From: an uncultured Clostridia bacterium
GTDB lineage: Bacteria; Bacillota; Clostridia; Oscillospirales; Oscillospiraceae
Length of the DNA stretch: 64,000 nucleotides
Direction of reading: 5' to 3'
Assembly (NCBI GenBank): GCA_947165595.1
Contig: CAMVAV010000001.1
Location: forward strand, 69,107-133,106
Within the stretch, counting starts at the first letter, position 1. Each line of letters starts with the position of its first letter. Shown here one piece after another: positions 17,013 to 26,666 of the stretch. Both the position numbers and the translations under genes were made by a program. The notes beneath the pieces were generated by a model that worked only from the letters and a program-made list of their open reading frames with translations, was not told the origin of the DNA and did not search any database.

Positions 17013-19445
17013 TCACTCCCTGTAGGGGACGTTCCAGATGGTTTCCGCGTAGTCGCGGATCGAGCGGTCGGCGGCGAAGACGCCGGAGCGCGCGATGTTG
17101 ACCAGCGACATGCGGTTCCACTTTTTCTGATCGCGGTAGACCTCGCCGACGCGCTTGTGCGCCATCTTGTAGCTCTCGAAGTCGGCCAGGAGCATGTACT
17201 CGTCCGCGGGGCAGCCGTCGCCGGAGATCAGGCGGCGGACCAGATCGTTGTAGCTCTTCCCGTCGGCAAAGCCGTCGTTGAGGAGCTTCATGATCCACTT
17301 GAGGTCGGGGTCGTTCATATAGTAGTCGGAGGCGTAGTAGCCCGTCTCGCGCAGCTTGCTCACACCGCGGGCGGTCAGGCCGAAGATGAAGATGTTGTCG
17401 TCGCCGACCTGCTCGTGCATCTCGACGTTCGCGCCGTCCAGCGTGCCGATGGTCAGCGCGCCGTTCATCATGAACTTCATGTTGCCGGTGCCGCTCGCCT
17501 CCTTGCCGGCGAGCGAGATCTGCTCGGACAGCTCGCTGGCGGGCATCAGCTTCTCGGCGAGCGAGACGCGGTAGTTCTCGAGGAACGCGACCTGCAGGCG
17601 GTCCCTGCACACGGGATCGCCGTTGACCGTGTCCGCCACGGAGTTGATGAGGCCGATGATGCGCTTGGCGACCGCATAGCCCGGCGCCGCCTTCGCGCCG
17701 AACAGGCACACGCGGGGCTGGAAGTCGAAGTGCGGGTCCTCCTTCATGTGCAGGTAGAGATAGACGATGTGCAGCACGTTCAGAAGCTGGCGCTTGTACT
17801 CGTGCAGACGCTTGACCTGCACGTCGAACATCGCGTCGGTATTGAGCACGATGCCGCTTGTCGCCTTGATGTACTCGGCGAACGCCTGCTTGTTCTCCCG
17901 CTTGATCTTGCCCAGGCGGTCCAGCACGCCCGCGTCGTCCGCGAACTTCTCCAGCTCCCGGAGCTTGTCGGCGTGGAGCAGGTAGTCGTCTCCGCCCGTG
18001 CATTCGCAGATGAGCGCGTGGAGCCTGGGGTTGCTCTCGCTCAGCCAGCGGCGGTGGTCGATGCCATTGGTGACGTTCTTGAACTTGTCCGGCTCCAGAT
18101 GACAGGCGTCGACGAATACGTCGTGGCGCAGGATGTCGGAGTGCAGGGCGCTGACGCCGTTGACGGCGAAGCAGGCGGCGATGCAGAGGTTCGCCATGCG
18201 GATCTCGCCGTCCCAGATGACCGCCATGCGCGCGACGCGGCTGTCGCCCTGGCCGAAGTGGGACTCCAGCTCCTCCTGATAGCGGCGCGCGATCTCCCTG
18301 ACGATGTCCCAGATGCGCGGCAGCAGCGTCTCGAACAGGTCCTGGGGCCAGCGCTCCAGCGCCTCGGCGAGCACGGTGTGGTTGGTGTAGGCCACTGTCT
18401 GGCGGACGATGCTCCACGCCTCGTCCCAATCGTAGCCCTCCTCGTCGAGCAGGATGCGCATCAGCTCCGGAATGACGAGCGTGGGGTGCGTATCGTTGAT
18501 CTGGATGACGTGCTTCTGGTGGAAGTTCCGCAGCGTCCCGTACTGCGCGCGGTGCTTGCGCGTGATGGACTGGATCGTGGCGGAGACGAAGAAATACTGC
18601 TGGCGCAGGCGGAGAGACTTGCCCTCGTGATGGTTGTCGTCGGGATAGAGGACCTTGGCGATGACCTCCGCCATCGCCTGCTGCTCCACCGCCTTGAGAT
18701 ACTCGCCCGAGGAATACAGCGACATATCCACCGGCGTCGGAGACTTGGCGTCCCACAGGCGCAGGACATTGGTGTGGTCGGTGTCGTAGCCCGCGATGAC
18801 CATGTCGCGCGGGACGGCGAGGACGCTGGTGTAGCCCACGTGCTCGGGATGGTTGACGCCGTCCTCCCAGTGGTCGACGATGTGCCCGCCGAACTTGACC
18901 TCCTCGGTCTCGTCGGGCTTGGTGATGAGCCACGCGTCGCCGCGGCCCAGCCAGTTGTCCGCCAGCTCCACCTGCTGCCCGTCCACGATCTTCTGCTTGA
19001 AGATGCCCAGCTCGTAGCAGATGGAATAGCCCGTGGCGGGGATCTCCAGCGTGGTCATCGCCTCGAGGTAGCACGCGGCGAGCCGTCCGAGGCCGCCGTT
19101 GCCGAGGCCGGCGTCCGGCTCCGCCTCAAAAATCTCGTCCGGATCGAAGCCGAGGAAGCGCACCGCCTCCTTCATCGGTCCGAGCACGCCGAGGTTGAAG
19201 GCGTTCTTCTCCAGCGAGCGGCCCATCAGGAACTCCATCGACAGATAGTGCACCTGCCGCTGCTGTCCGAGCTGGACGAGCCGCTCCGTGGCGATGTTGT
19301 TGGCGTTCATAATGTCGCGCAGGACCATCGCGCAGGCCTTGAACATGTGCACGGCGGTCGCCTGATCCGCCGTGCGCCCGAAATTGCGCTGCAGCTTGCC
19401 CAGAATGAGCTGCGCGAGCTGATCCTTCCTGTAGGTATCGGTCAT
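17013..19445 (-). CDS. glgP: Glycogen/starch phosphorylase
   Basis: GLGNGGLGRLAAC, NDTHP, KRLHEYKRQ, PLP site EASGTGNMKF. Confidence 0.97.
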   Translation of the reverse strand: MTDTYRKDQLAQLILGKLQRNFGRTADQATAVHMFKACAMVLRDIMNANNIATERLVQLGQQRQVHYLSMEFLMGRSLEKNAFNLGVLGPMKEAVRFLGFDPDEIFEAEPDAGLGNGGLGRLAACYLEAMTTLEIPATGYSICYELGIFKQKIVDGQQVELADNWLGRGDAWLITKPDETEEVKFGGHIVDHWEDGVNHPEHVGYTSVLAVPRDMVIAGYDTDHTNVLRLWDAKSPTPVDMSLYSSGEYLKAVEQQAMAEVIAKVLYPDDNHHEGKSLRLRQQYFFVSATIQSITRKHRAQYGTLRNFHQKHVIQINDTHPTLVIPELMRILLDEEGYDWDEAWSIVRQTVAYTNHTVLAEALERWPQDLFETLLPRIWDIVREIARRYQEELESHFGQGDSRVARMAVIWDGEIRMANLCIAACFAVNGVSALHSDILRHDVFVDACHLEPDKFKNVTNGIDHRRWLSESNPRLHALICECTGGDDYLLHADKLRELEKFADDAGVLDRLGKIKRENKQAFAEYIKATSGIVLNTDAMFDVQVKRLHEYKRQLLNVLHIVYLYLHMKEDPHFDFQPRVCLFGAKAAPGYAVAKRIIGLINSVADTVNGDPVCRDRLQVAFLENYRVSLAEKLMPASELSEQISLAGKEASGTGNMKFMMNGALTIGTLDGANVEMHEQVGDDNIFIFGLTARGVSKLRETGYYASDYYMNDPDLKWIMKLLNDGFADGKSYNDLVRRLISGDGCPADEYMLLADFESYKMAHKRVGEVYRDQKKWNRMSLVNIARSGVFAADRSIRDYAETIWNVPYRE

Positions 19446-19556
19446 GGTAAAGCCTCCCAATCAAGTAATTGAAACCGAATTCTTCCCTCGTATTCATTTC
19501 CACAGGCATCAATAGAATACCAAACGATTGCCCGTTCGTCAATTATCAATTAAAAG

Positions 19557-19585
19557 TTGAAATCTATATTGTTTTATTGTATAAT
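19557..19585 (+). promoter_or_regulatory. Sigma-A-type promoter
   Basis: TTGAAA-17 bp-TATAAT. Confidence 0.6.
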
Positions 19586-19618
19586 AATCGGAAATAGCCG
19601 TTTATGGAGGTTGCCGCT

Positions 19619-20434
19619 GTGGATATGACCTTTCAGGGGACCAAAAATTACGTTGCCTCGCCGGAGCTGCTGGGCGCGGTGAACATCGCCGCCGCCCTGC
19701 AAAAGCCCCTGCTCGTCAAGGGCGAGCCGGGCACGGGCAAGACCATGCTGGCGCAGGCGGTCGCCGAGGCGCTGGGAAAGCCGCTCATCATCTGGAGCGT
19801 CAAGTCCACCACGAAGGCGCAGGACGGCCTGTACGTCTACGACGTGGTGCAGCGCCTCTACGACAGCCAGTTCGGCAACGCCGGCGTGGACGATATCGCG
19901 AAATACATCAAGCTCGGCAAGCTGGGCGAGGCGTTCTCCTCGGACGAGCAGGTCGTGCTGCTGATCGACGAGATCGACAAGGCGGACCTCGAGTTCCCCA
20001 ACGACCTCCTGTGGGAGCTGGACCGGATGGAGTTCTACATCCCCGAGACCAAGGAGACCGTGACGGCGAAGCACCGTCCCATCGTCATCATCACGTCCAA
20101 CGCGGAGAAGGAGCTGCCCGACGCGTTTTTGCGCCGATGCATCTTCCACTACATCGCCTTCCCCGACCCGGAGCAGATGGAGAGGATCGTGCGCGTCCAC
20201 TTCGACAGGCTGGACGAAACGCTGCTTCGGCAGGCGATGGAGGCGTTCTACTTCCTGCGCTCGATCGACTCCATCGAGAAAAAGCCCTCGACGAGCGAGC
20301 TGGTGGACTGGATCCGCGCGCTGGAGCTCGGCGGCGTCGACCCCGACCGCATCCGCAGGGAAATTCCGTTCGCGGGCGTGCTGCTCAAGAAGGACAAGGA
20401 CGTCGCCGCCATGGAGCGGCGGCTGGGGCGTTAG
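19619..20434 (+). CDS. MoxR-family AAA+ ATPase
   Basis: GEPGTGKT, LIDEIDKAD, ELPDAFLRRC; start GTG 19619 or ATG 19625. Confidence 0.9.
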   Translation: MDMTFQGTKNYVASPELLGAVNIAAALQKPLLVKGEPGTGKTMLAQAVAEALGKPLIIWSVKSTTKAQDGLYVYDVVQRLYDSQFGNAGVDDIAKYIKLGKLGEAFSSDEQVVLLIDEIDKADLEFPNDLLWELDRMEFYIPETKETVTAKHRPIVIITSNAEKELPDAFLRRCIFHYIAFPDPEQMERIVRVHFDRLDETLLRQAMEAFYFLRSIDSIEKKPSTSELVDWIRALELGGVDPDRIRREIPFAGVLLKKDKDVAAMERRLGR

Positions 20435-20449
20435 GCGCGGAGGGAGAAG

Positions 20450-21385
20450 ATGGCATCGTTCCTGCATTCGGTCGCGTCGGTCACGATCATATTGCTGCTG
20501 ACGGCGACCGGGTATCTCTGCGGCGCGAAGGGCTGGATGAAGGCGGAGAGCAAGGCGTTCATCAGCAAGTTCCTGCTCACGCTGGCGGTGCCCTGCATGT
20601 GCGTGTACGGGCTTCGGAGCAATCTGGACCGCGAGGCGCTCGCCGGCTCGATCCGGATGCTGGCGGTACCCTTCGCGTGCAACGCGATCAACTTCGCGCT
20701 CTCCTGGCTGCTGGCAAAGCTTCTGCGGCTCCCCAGGCGCCAGACGGGCGTGTTCATGGTGATGTGCAGCCTGTCGAACGCCATGTTCATCGGCTACGCC
20801 ATGTGCACGGAGCTGTTCGGGGAAGCCTGCGTGCCCTATGTCATCCTCTACTACATCGCCAACACCTGCTTCACGCAGACGTTTGCCATGTGGCTCATCC
20901 GCCGCTCGGCGGAAAGCGGCGGCGGCTCGTGGCGGGATTCGCTGCGCTTTCTCACGTCGCCGACCGTGCTGGGGCTGCTGACCGGCTTCGCGGTGGTGCT
21001 GCTCGACGTGAGGCCGCCGTCCTTCGTGATGACGTACCTGCGCTACATGAACAACGTCGTCTCGCCGCTGGCGCTGCTGCTGACGGGATACATCATCTAT
21101 GAGATCGGGCTGGACAAGCTGCGGCCCGACCGCGACCTCACGGTCATGATGATCTTTCGCTTCCTGCTCTCGCCGGCGCTGTTCGTCGTCTTCTGCGCGC
21201 TGTTCGGCATTGAGGGGCTCGCGCGCAGCACCTTCCTCGTCGAGGCGGCGATGCCGGTGGTGACGCAGACCGTCGTCGCCGCGTCGCAGTACGGCGCGGA
21301 CGAGCGCTTCGCCGCGAAGGGCGCGGCGCTGACCACGGTGGCGAGTTTTCTGGTGATCCCGGTTTTGATGCTGTTTCTGGGCTGA
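20450..21385 (+). CDS. AEC (auxin efflux carrier) family transporter
   Basis: About 10 TM helices; SNAMFIG, SPLALLLTG, AAMPV motifs. Confidence 0.85.
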   Translation: MASFLHSVASVTIILLLTATGYLCGAKGWMKAESKAFISKFLLTLAVPCMCVYGLRSNLDREALAGSIRMLAVPFACNAINFALSWLLAKLLRLPRRQTGVFMVMCSLSNAMFIGYAMCTELFGEACVPYVILYYIANTCFTQTFAMWLIRRSAESGGGSWRDSLRFLTSPTVLGLLTGFAVVLLDVRPPSFVMTYLRYMNNVVSPLALLLTGYIIYEIGLDKLRPDRDLTVMMIFRFLLSPALFVVFCALFGIEGLARSTFLVEAAMPVVTQTVVAASQYGADERFAAKGAALTTVASFLVIPVLMLFLG

Positions 21386-21454
21386 CCCCGGTGGGATACA
21401 GCCGGCATCCGTCCGCGCGTCGGAGCGTCCGGTCAGAAAGGGAAAAAGCAAGCT

Positions 21455-23596
21455 ATGGAAAAAATGAAGGGGCTGCGCGCCGCTTTTCACATCCTGTATA
21501 TGACGTCTGCGCTGCTGCTGCTGCTCTATCTGCTTTTTGCGACGGATCTCTTCAGCTGGAAATCGATCCGGAATACGCCCGATTACGCAGAGGGCTGGGT
21601 CGACCGGAACGGAGCCGTCGTGAATCTGTACGAGATCACCGCCGGGGATTACGGCGGCGTCGTCGTGCTGGAAAAAGCGCTGCCGGATCGCCTGTCCAAT
21701 TCGGAGGATTTCTGCTTTACCACCAACAATGCCAAGGTCACCGTCTGGATCGACGGCAAGGGCGTCTATCTGTTCGAGCCGAAGGAGAATCTTACCGGCG
21801 CCGGCTACGACTACGCGTACCATGTGGTCTCGCTCTCGCAGAAGGACGTGAAAAAGGTGATCCGGGTGCGGCTGGAAAGCGTGTTCGACGATTGCAGCGG
21901 CGGCCGGCTGAAGGATGTGTACCTGTGCGGCTCGAGCGACTATCTTCGCATGCTTGTGGGCGCGCGCAGCCTGCCGTTCTTTCTCTCCTGCATCGTTCTG
22001 TTCTTCGGCGCGATTCTGACCGCAATCTTCTTCTGTATCCCGAAGAAGGCCGCCGTGCCCTTCAACGTGGCGGCTCTGGGCATCTCCATCTTCCTGTTCG
22101 GCCTGTGGACGCTGTGCGATACCGGCGTGCTGCAGCTGATGACCGGCGGCATCTACGCCTACCGCGTGATGGACTATCTGCTGCTGCACCTGGCGGAATA
22201 TCCGATCGTCTGCTTCCTCTCCTCGGTCAACCGGCAGAAAACGCGTTTGTTCCCCAACCTTATGTTTGGCCTCTCGGCGTTCTTCCTCGCCCTTCTGTTC
22301 GGCCTGCGCTTCCTCGGCGGGATGGACTTCCACCAGCTCAAGCCGGTGGTGTACGGCTCCTATCTGTCCTGTGTCGCGGTGATCGCCGCCATGCAGATCA
22401 GCAACGCCCGCTACTGCCGCCGGAACAATATCGAGTCGAACCGCAGCATTCTGGCCGTCAGCGCCGTTGCGCTCGCCGGAGGCGGTCTGCTGGACGTCGG
22501 CACCTACATCTTCGGCATCCACTTTTTCAACTCCGACGGCAATTTCCTGCGCGTGGGCCTGTGCGTATGCGTGGCGGAGGTCATCATACAGTTCCTGCGC
22601 TGGTGGAGCGGCGAGCACACCGCCATCAACCGCGACCGCTTCATCAACCGCATTTTGCAGTACGCGGTGAGTGAAAAGAACGCGGAGGCGGGCATCAAGG
22701 CGGTGCTGGAGTACCTCGGCACCGAGCTGCACGCCGACCGCGCCTACATCTTCGAGGACATGCACGACGGCACCTTCGACAACACCTATGAGTGGTGCCG
22801 CGAGGGGGTCAGCGCCGAGATCGACAGCCTCAAGGGCCTGCCCTACCGCGGGACCGTGGACGCGTGGTACAACGAGTACAAGCGCTCCAACAGCGTGCTG
22901 ATCTACGATCTTGAGGCGTACAGGGCCGTGAGCGAAAACATGTATCGCGTGCTCAAGCCGCAGAATATCCAGACGCTGGTCACCGCCCCGCTGGAGACGC
23001 CGGACGGCTATATCGGCTTTTTCGGCGTGGACAACCCCCCGGCGGAGAGCATGAAGGAGATCGCCGAGCTGATCGGGCTGCTGTCCTACTTTCTCTCCCA
23101 GCTCGTGCTGCAGCGCGACGAGGAAAAGCGCCTCATGCACTACAGCTTCTTCGACGCCATGACGGGCTGCAAAAACCGCCGCGCCATCGGCGAATTTGAA
23201 AAAAACGAATTCGATCCCTCCCGTCCCTACGGCTTCGTCATGTGCGACATCAACGGCCTGAAGGCGATGAACGACACACTCGGGCACGAGGCGGGCGACG
23301 CGCTCATCATGGACGTGGCGAACGCCCTGAAGGAGGTCTTCGGCGCGGACAACGTCTACCGCATGGGCGGCGACGAGTTTGCCGCCTACGCCTACCGCAG
23401 CGGCGAGGCGGCGTTCAGCGCCGACGTGGAGCGCGCCAAGGCGCTGCTCGCGGAAAAGAACCGGAGCGCCGCCTTCGGCACGGTGTTCCGGGAGCAGGGC
23501 GACCCGGACTACGAGCGCGCCAAGGCGGAGGCGGACGCGCTGATGTACGCCGACAAGCGCCTCTACTACCAAACCCACGACCGGCGGAACCGGTGA
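21455..23596 (+). CDS. Membrane sensor-GAF-GGDEF diguanylate cyclase
   Basis: Multi-TM region, GAF-like DRAYIFE..NTYEWC, DINGLKAMND.LGH.AGD, RMGGDEF. Confidence 0.92.
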   Translation: MEKMKGLRAAFHILYMTSALLLLLYLLFATDLFSWKSIRNTPDYAEGWVDRNGAVVNLYEITAGDYGGVVVLEKALPDRLSNSEDFCFTTNNAKVTVWIDGKGVYLFEPKENLTGAGYDYAYHVVSLSQKDVKKVIRVRLESVFDDCSGGRLKDVYLCGSSDYLRMLVGARSLPFFLSCIVLFFGAILTAIFFCIPKKAAVPFNVAALGISIFLFGLWTLCDTGVLQLMTGGIYAYRVMDYLLLHLAEYPIVCFLSSVNRQKTRLFPNLMFGLSAFFLALLFGLRFLGGMDFHQLKPVVYGSYLSCVAVIAAMQISNARYCRRNNIESNRSILAVSAVALAGGGLLDVGTYIFGIHFFNSDGNFLRVGLCVCVAEVIIQFLRWWSGEHTAINRDRFINRILQYAVSEKNAEAGIKAVLEYLGTELHADRAYIFEDMHDGTFDNTYEWCREGVSAEIDSLKGLPYRGTVDAWYNEYKRSNSVLIYDLEAYRAVSENMYRVLKPQNIQTLVTAPLETPDGYIGFFGVDNPPAESMKEIAELIGLLSYFLSQLVLQRDEEKRLMHYSFFDAMTGCKNRRAIGEFEKNEFDPSRPYGFVMCDINGLKAMNDTLGHEAGDALIMDVANALKEVFGADNVYRMGGDEFAAYAYRSGEAAFSADVERAKALLAEKNRSAAFGTVFREQGDPDYERAKAEADALMYADKRLYYQTHDRRNR

Positions 23597-23604
23597 AAAA
23601 ATTC

Positions 23605-23642
23605 TCTCCCCGAAGCGGACGCAGGAAGCCGCTTCGGGGAGA
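23605..23642. terminator. Hairpin between convergent genes
   Basis: TCTCCCCGAAGCGG...CCGCTTCGGGGAGA. Confidence 0.65.
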
Positions 23643-23659
23643 TTCTCATATTCTGTGCG

Positions 23660-24424
23660 TCAAAACAGCCCGTCCAGGCGCGGCAGCAGCTCGCGCAGCT
23701 CCTCGGCGGGAAGCTGCCCCGGCGCGGAGCCCTCTCCCACGGAGCCGAAGGTCAGGCATGACCCCGTCAGGGCGCAGGCGGCGCGGGTCCACATGCCGTA
23801 TCTTCCCATCGAAATGACGGCGAAGGGCCGGTCGGCGTCCCGCTCCCGGAAGGCGACCGCCGCCTCGGCGAGCCGGAGCGCGTCCATGCGGCTGCGCGCC
23901 GCAACGGCAAGCTTGGAGATGTCCGCTCCCAGCTCCTGCGCCGCGCGAAGGCGGGCGAGCAGGTACTCCGCGGGCGGCGTCGTGTCGGTCTCGTGGCGGG
24001 AGCCGATCACCGCGACGCCCGCCTCGTGCGCGCCCTCCAGCAGCTCGCACAGCCATCGCCGCTCCACGGACAGCTCCACGTCGATCAGATCGACAAGGCC
24101 GCTGCGCGCCAGCGCGAGGTTGCGCGCGGCGTAGCGCTCGGGCGTCAGTCCCGCCGCGCCGCCCTCGTGAAGCGTGCGGATCGTGAAGATCACCGGAAGC
24201 TCACCGACGGCGGCGCGCAGCGCACGCGCGGTCTCAAGCAGCGCGTCTTCGCTGTCGAGCTCCCCGCAGAAGTCGGCGCGCCATTCGAGCAGATCGGCGA
24301 GCGGCGCGGCCGCGGCGGCCTGCGACAGCAGCTCGCCGCGCGTCCTGCCGACGAGCGGTACGGCGATCTTCGCGCGTCCCGCGCCCAGCTCCACGCCGCG
24401 GACGGTGACGGTGCGCGCGGTCAC
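23660..24424 (-). CDS. aroD: Type I 3-dehydroquinate dehydratase
   Basis: EWRAD, FTIRT..EGG, DLIDVEL, GADISKLA, ISMG, APGQ; GTG start overlaps the upstream stop. Confidence 0.92.
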   Translation of the reverse strand: MTARTVTVRGVELGAGRAKIAVPLVGRTRGELLSQAAAAAPLADLLEWRADFCGELDSEDALLETARALRAAVGELPVIFTIRTLHEGGAAGLTPERYAARNLALARSGLVDLIDVELSVERRWLCELLEGAHEAGVAVIGSRHETDTTPPAEYLLARLRAAQELGADISKLAVAARSRMDALRLAEAAVAFRERDADRPFAVISMGRYGMWTRAACALTGSCLTFGSVGEGSAPGQLPAEELRELLPRLDGLF

Positions 24425-26583
24425 GCGTCGCGCTCCATCAGGCGGCAGAGCATCACGGCGGCGACGGCGCGCGTGGCGCCGCCCGCGGCGTCGTAGCGGT
24501 CGTTTTTCACGATGCCGAAGCCCTGCGCCAGCGCGGCGTAGCCGAGCTGTCCGGCGGGGATGTCCGCGCGGTCGGCAAAGCCGCAGGCAAAGATGCCGTC
24601 CAGCCTGGCGACGGGCCCGTAGCCGGCGCTGTCGAGCAGGCAGCGCACCAGCGCGGCGCGGTCCAGCGCGGAATCGTCGCCGCGCTCCTCCCGCTTCAGC
24701 GCGCCCATGCGGTAGACGCACTCATAGGCGGCGTCGCGCTCGTCCTGCTCCGCCTTCTCCGGGTCGAGGCGCATGCCCTGCGTCGAGGCGAGCAGCGCGA
24801 CCAGGTCCCACTGTGTGAGCGCCTTGTCGGGGCGGAATTCCTCCGAGGCGTAGCCCACGCCGCAGCGCGCCAGCCTCTCGATCTCCTGCGCCGCCCAGGT
24901 CCCGGCGACGTCGCCGTAGCCGATCTCCGCGTCGAAGCGCTTCGTCTCAATGGGCTTGCCCGTCTTGGCATCCACGCCCGCGAGCCACGCCTCGCGCTCG
25001 AGGCCGTAGCTCAGCAGCAGCGTGCGGAAGCTGGTGTAGCCCATGCCGATGAGCCTCGCCTCGTCCGCGGCGGCGGGGTCGAGCTTTTTGGGCTGCGAGC
25101 GGTAGGCAAGCGTCACGTCATAGGTCGTCATCCACGCGTCCAGCGCCGCGCCGTCGGAGATAATGCCCTCCGTGCCGTCGAATGTGATCTCCTCGCCGTA
25201 GGTATAGGAGACGCCCGCGACCGCGCCGGTCATGCGGTCGATCTGGATCGTGCAGGTGTTCTCGGGGAAGAAATAGCCGTTGACCCTGCGCGCGTAGGTA
25301 AAGCCGTAGAACGGCGCGCCGTCGGCGGTGTTGTCGTTCGTATCATAGAGCGCGAACTCGTCCGCGTGCTTCGAGAAGCGCTTGAGGAAGCTCTCCGCCG
25401 CGGTCTGCGCCGCGTCGGCCGAGACGGCGCTCTTGGCGTCCTTGTTCCACAAGGCGCCGGAATAGAGGCTCTTCACCTCGCCCGTTCGGGCGTCGACGGT
25501 GAAGGTGCGCGAGCCGACGAAGCCGTCCTCATTCTCCGGCAGGGCGTAACGGATGGTGCACAGCACGCTCTCCTTCTCGTTTTCCTTGACGAGGCGATAG
25601 TTCGCGGAGGCGAGGGAGTAGCCGTCCAGCTTGTAGGCGGCTTCCTTTCGCACCGCACGGTCGAGCGCCGCGCTGTCGAGCACGCCCTCCAGCTTTTCGA
25701 CGCCCGCGAGTTCCGCCTCCGTCAGGCCGCTCTTCATCTCCTCGGGCGCGGCGGCGGGCGTCTCGGCGTCGTTCTCGCCGCCCCTGGCGTACATACCCAT
25801 GTCCCCGGCGGGGCTGACAAGCTTGCCGGTCTGCGCGTCGACGACGAGCGTCTCGCCGTACCTGGGCACGTAGCGCAGCACCGCCTTTGTGCCGTCCTCC
25901 TCGTCCGTGACGTAGATCAGCTCAAGCTTGAGCGTGCCCTTGAGCGCGAGCGCGGCGTCGTTCTGCGAAACGGCGGGCGTCGCCGAGGGGACGCTGCCGA
26001 GGAACGAGTTTGCCAGCGCGTCGCGGCGGAACGAGGTCACGGTGTCGTCGCTCCCGCGCACCGAGATCGAATAGCTCAGCGGCGAGGGCAGCCCGTTGAG
26101 CAGGATCGTGCCCGAAAAATGGCAGGCGGTGCTGTTCAGCCGCTCCGCGGAGGCGGGCTCGTCCAGCACGACGCTCTCCGTCTCGGGATCGAGCACGCGG
26201 GCGAGGAACGCCTCCGCCGCCCGCTTCGCCGCGGCGGCGTCCAGCTTCGGCAGCACGGGCAGGCCGCTGCCGCGGTAGAGGCTCGCGGCGTCGTTGTCGC
26301 TGCGCCAATAGCTGACGACCGTGCCGTCCTCCAGCGCCTCCACGCTCATGGACGAACCGCCGCCGCTCCAGTTGAGCGACCAGACCGTGCCGAGCTCCTG
26401 CTCGTACACATTGCCGCGGAAGTCGGTAAACGCCTCGGTATCGAGGTCCAGGGTATCCTTGACCGTCTGCGTCACGCGGGACAGGCGCTCGTCGGCGGTC
26501 TCCGGCGCGGCAGCCGCCATGGCGGGCAGGCAGAGTCCCGCAAGCAGCAGCGCGCACAGGGCAAACGCGATAAAACGATGCAT
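24421..26583 (-). CDS. Exported YcdB/YcdC (PepSY-like) repeat protein with C-terminal SLH domains
   Basis: Signal peptide, repeated VDAxTG motifs, SLH-type FRPDKALTQ and ATRAVAAVMLCR. Confidence 0.75.
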   Translation of the reverse strand: MHRFIAFALCALLLAGLCLPAMAAAAPETADERLSRVTQTVKDTLDLDTEAFTDFRGNVYEQELGTVWSLNWSGGGSSMSVEALEDGTVVSYWRSDNDAASLYRGSGLPVLPKLDAAAAKRAAEAFLARVLDPETESVVLDEPASAERLNSTACHFSGTILLNGLPSPLSYSISVRGSDDTVTSFRRDALANSFLGSVPSATPAVSQNDAALALKGTLKLELIYVTDEEDGTKAVLRYVPRYGETLVVDAQTGKLVSPAGDMGMYARGGENDAETPAAAPEEMKSGLTEAELAGVEKLEGVLDSAALDRAVRKEAAYKLDGYSLASANYRLVKENEKESVLCTIRYALPENEDGFVGSRTFTVDARTGEVKSLYSGALWNKDAKSAVSADAAQTAAESFLKRFSKHADEFALYDTNDNTADGAPFYGFTYARRVNGYFFPENTCTIQIDRMTGAVAGVSYTYGEEITFDGTEGIISDGAALDAWMTTYDVTLAYRSQPKKLDPAAADEARLIGMGYTSFRTLLLSYGLEREAWLAGVDAKTGKPIETKRFDAEIGYGDVAGTWAAQEIERLARCGVGYASEEFRPDKALTQWDLVALLASTQGMRLDPEKAEQDERDAAYECVYRMGALKREERGDDSALDRAALVRCLLDSAGYGPVARLDGIFACGFADRADIPAGQLGYAALAQGFGIVKNDRYDAAGGATRAVAAVMLCRLMERDA

Positions 26584-26666
26584 GATGAATTCCTCCTTCG
26601 GTTGATATGGAGTAAGACGGAACAAGCCCCCGGTTTGTTCCGTCTTTTTTCAACAAGTATGTACGG

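Noticed and set aside
19574-23578. 1334-aa minus-strand ORF and similar long antisense ORFs (e.g. 17157..19472, 26679..28721, 39469..41811)
   Set aside because: These are antisense shadows typical of high-GC coding DNA; the opposite strands carry clear family motifs.
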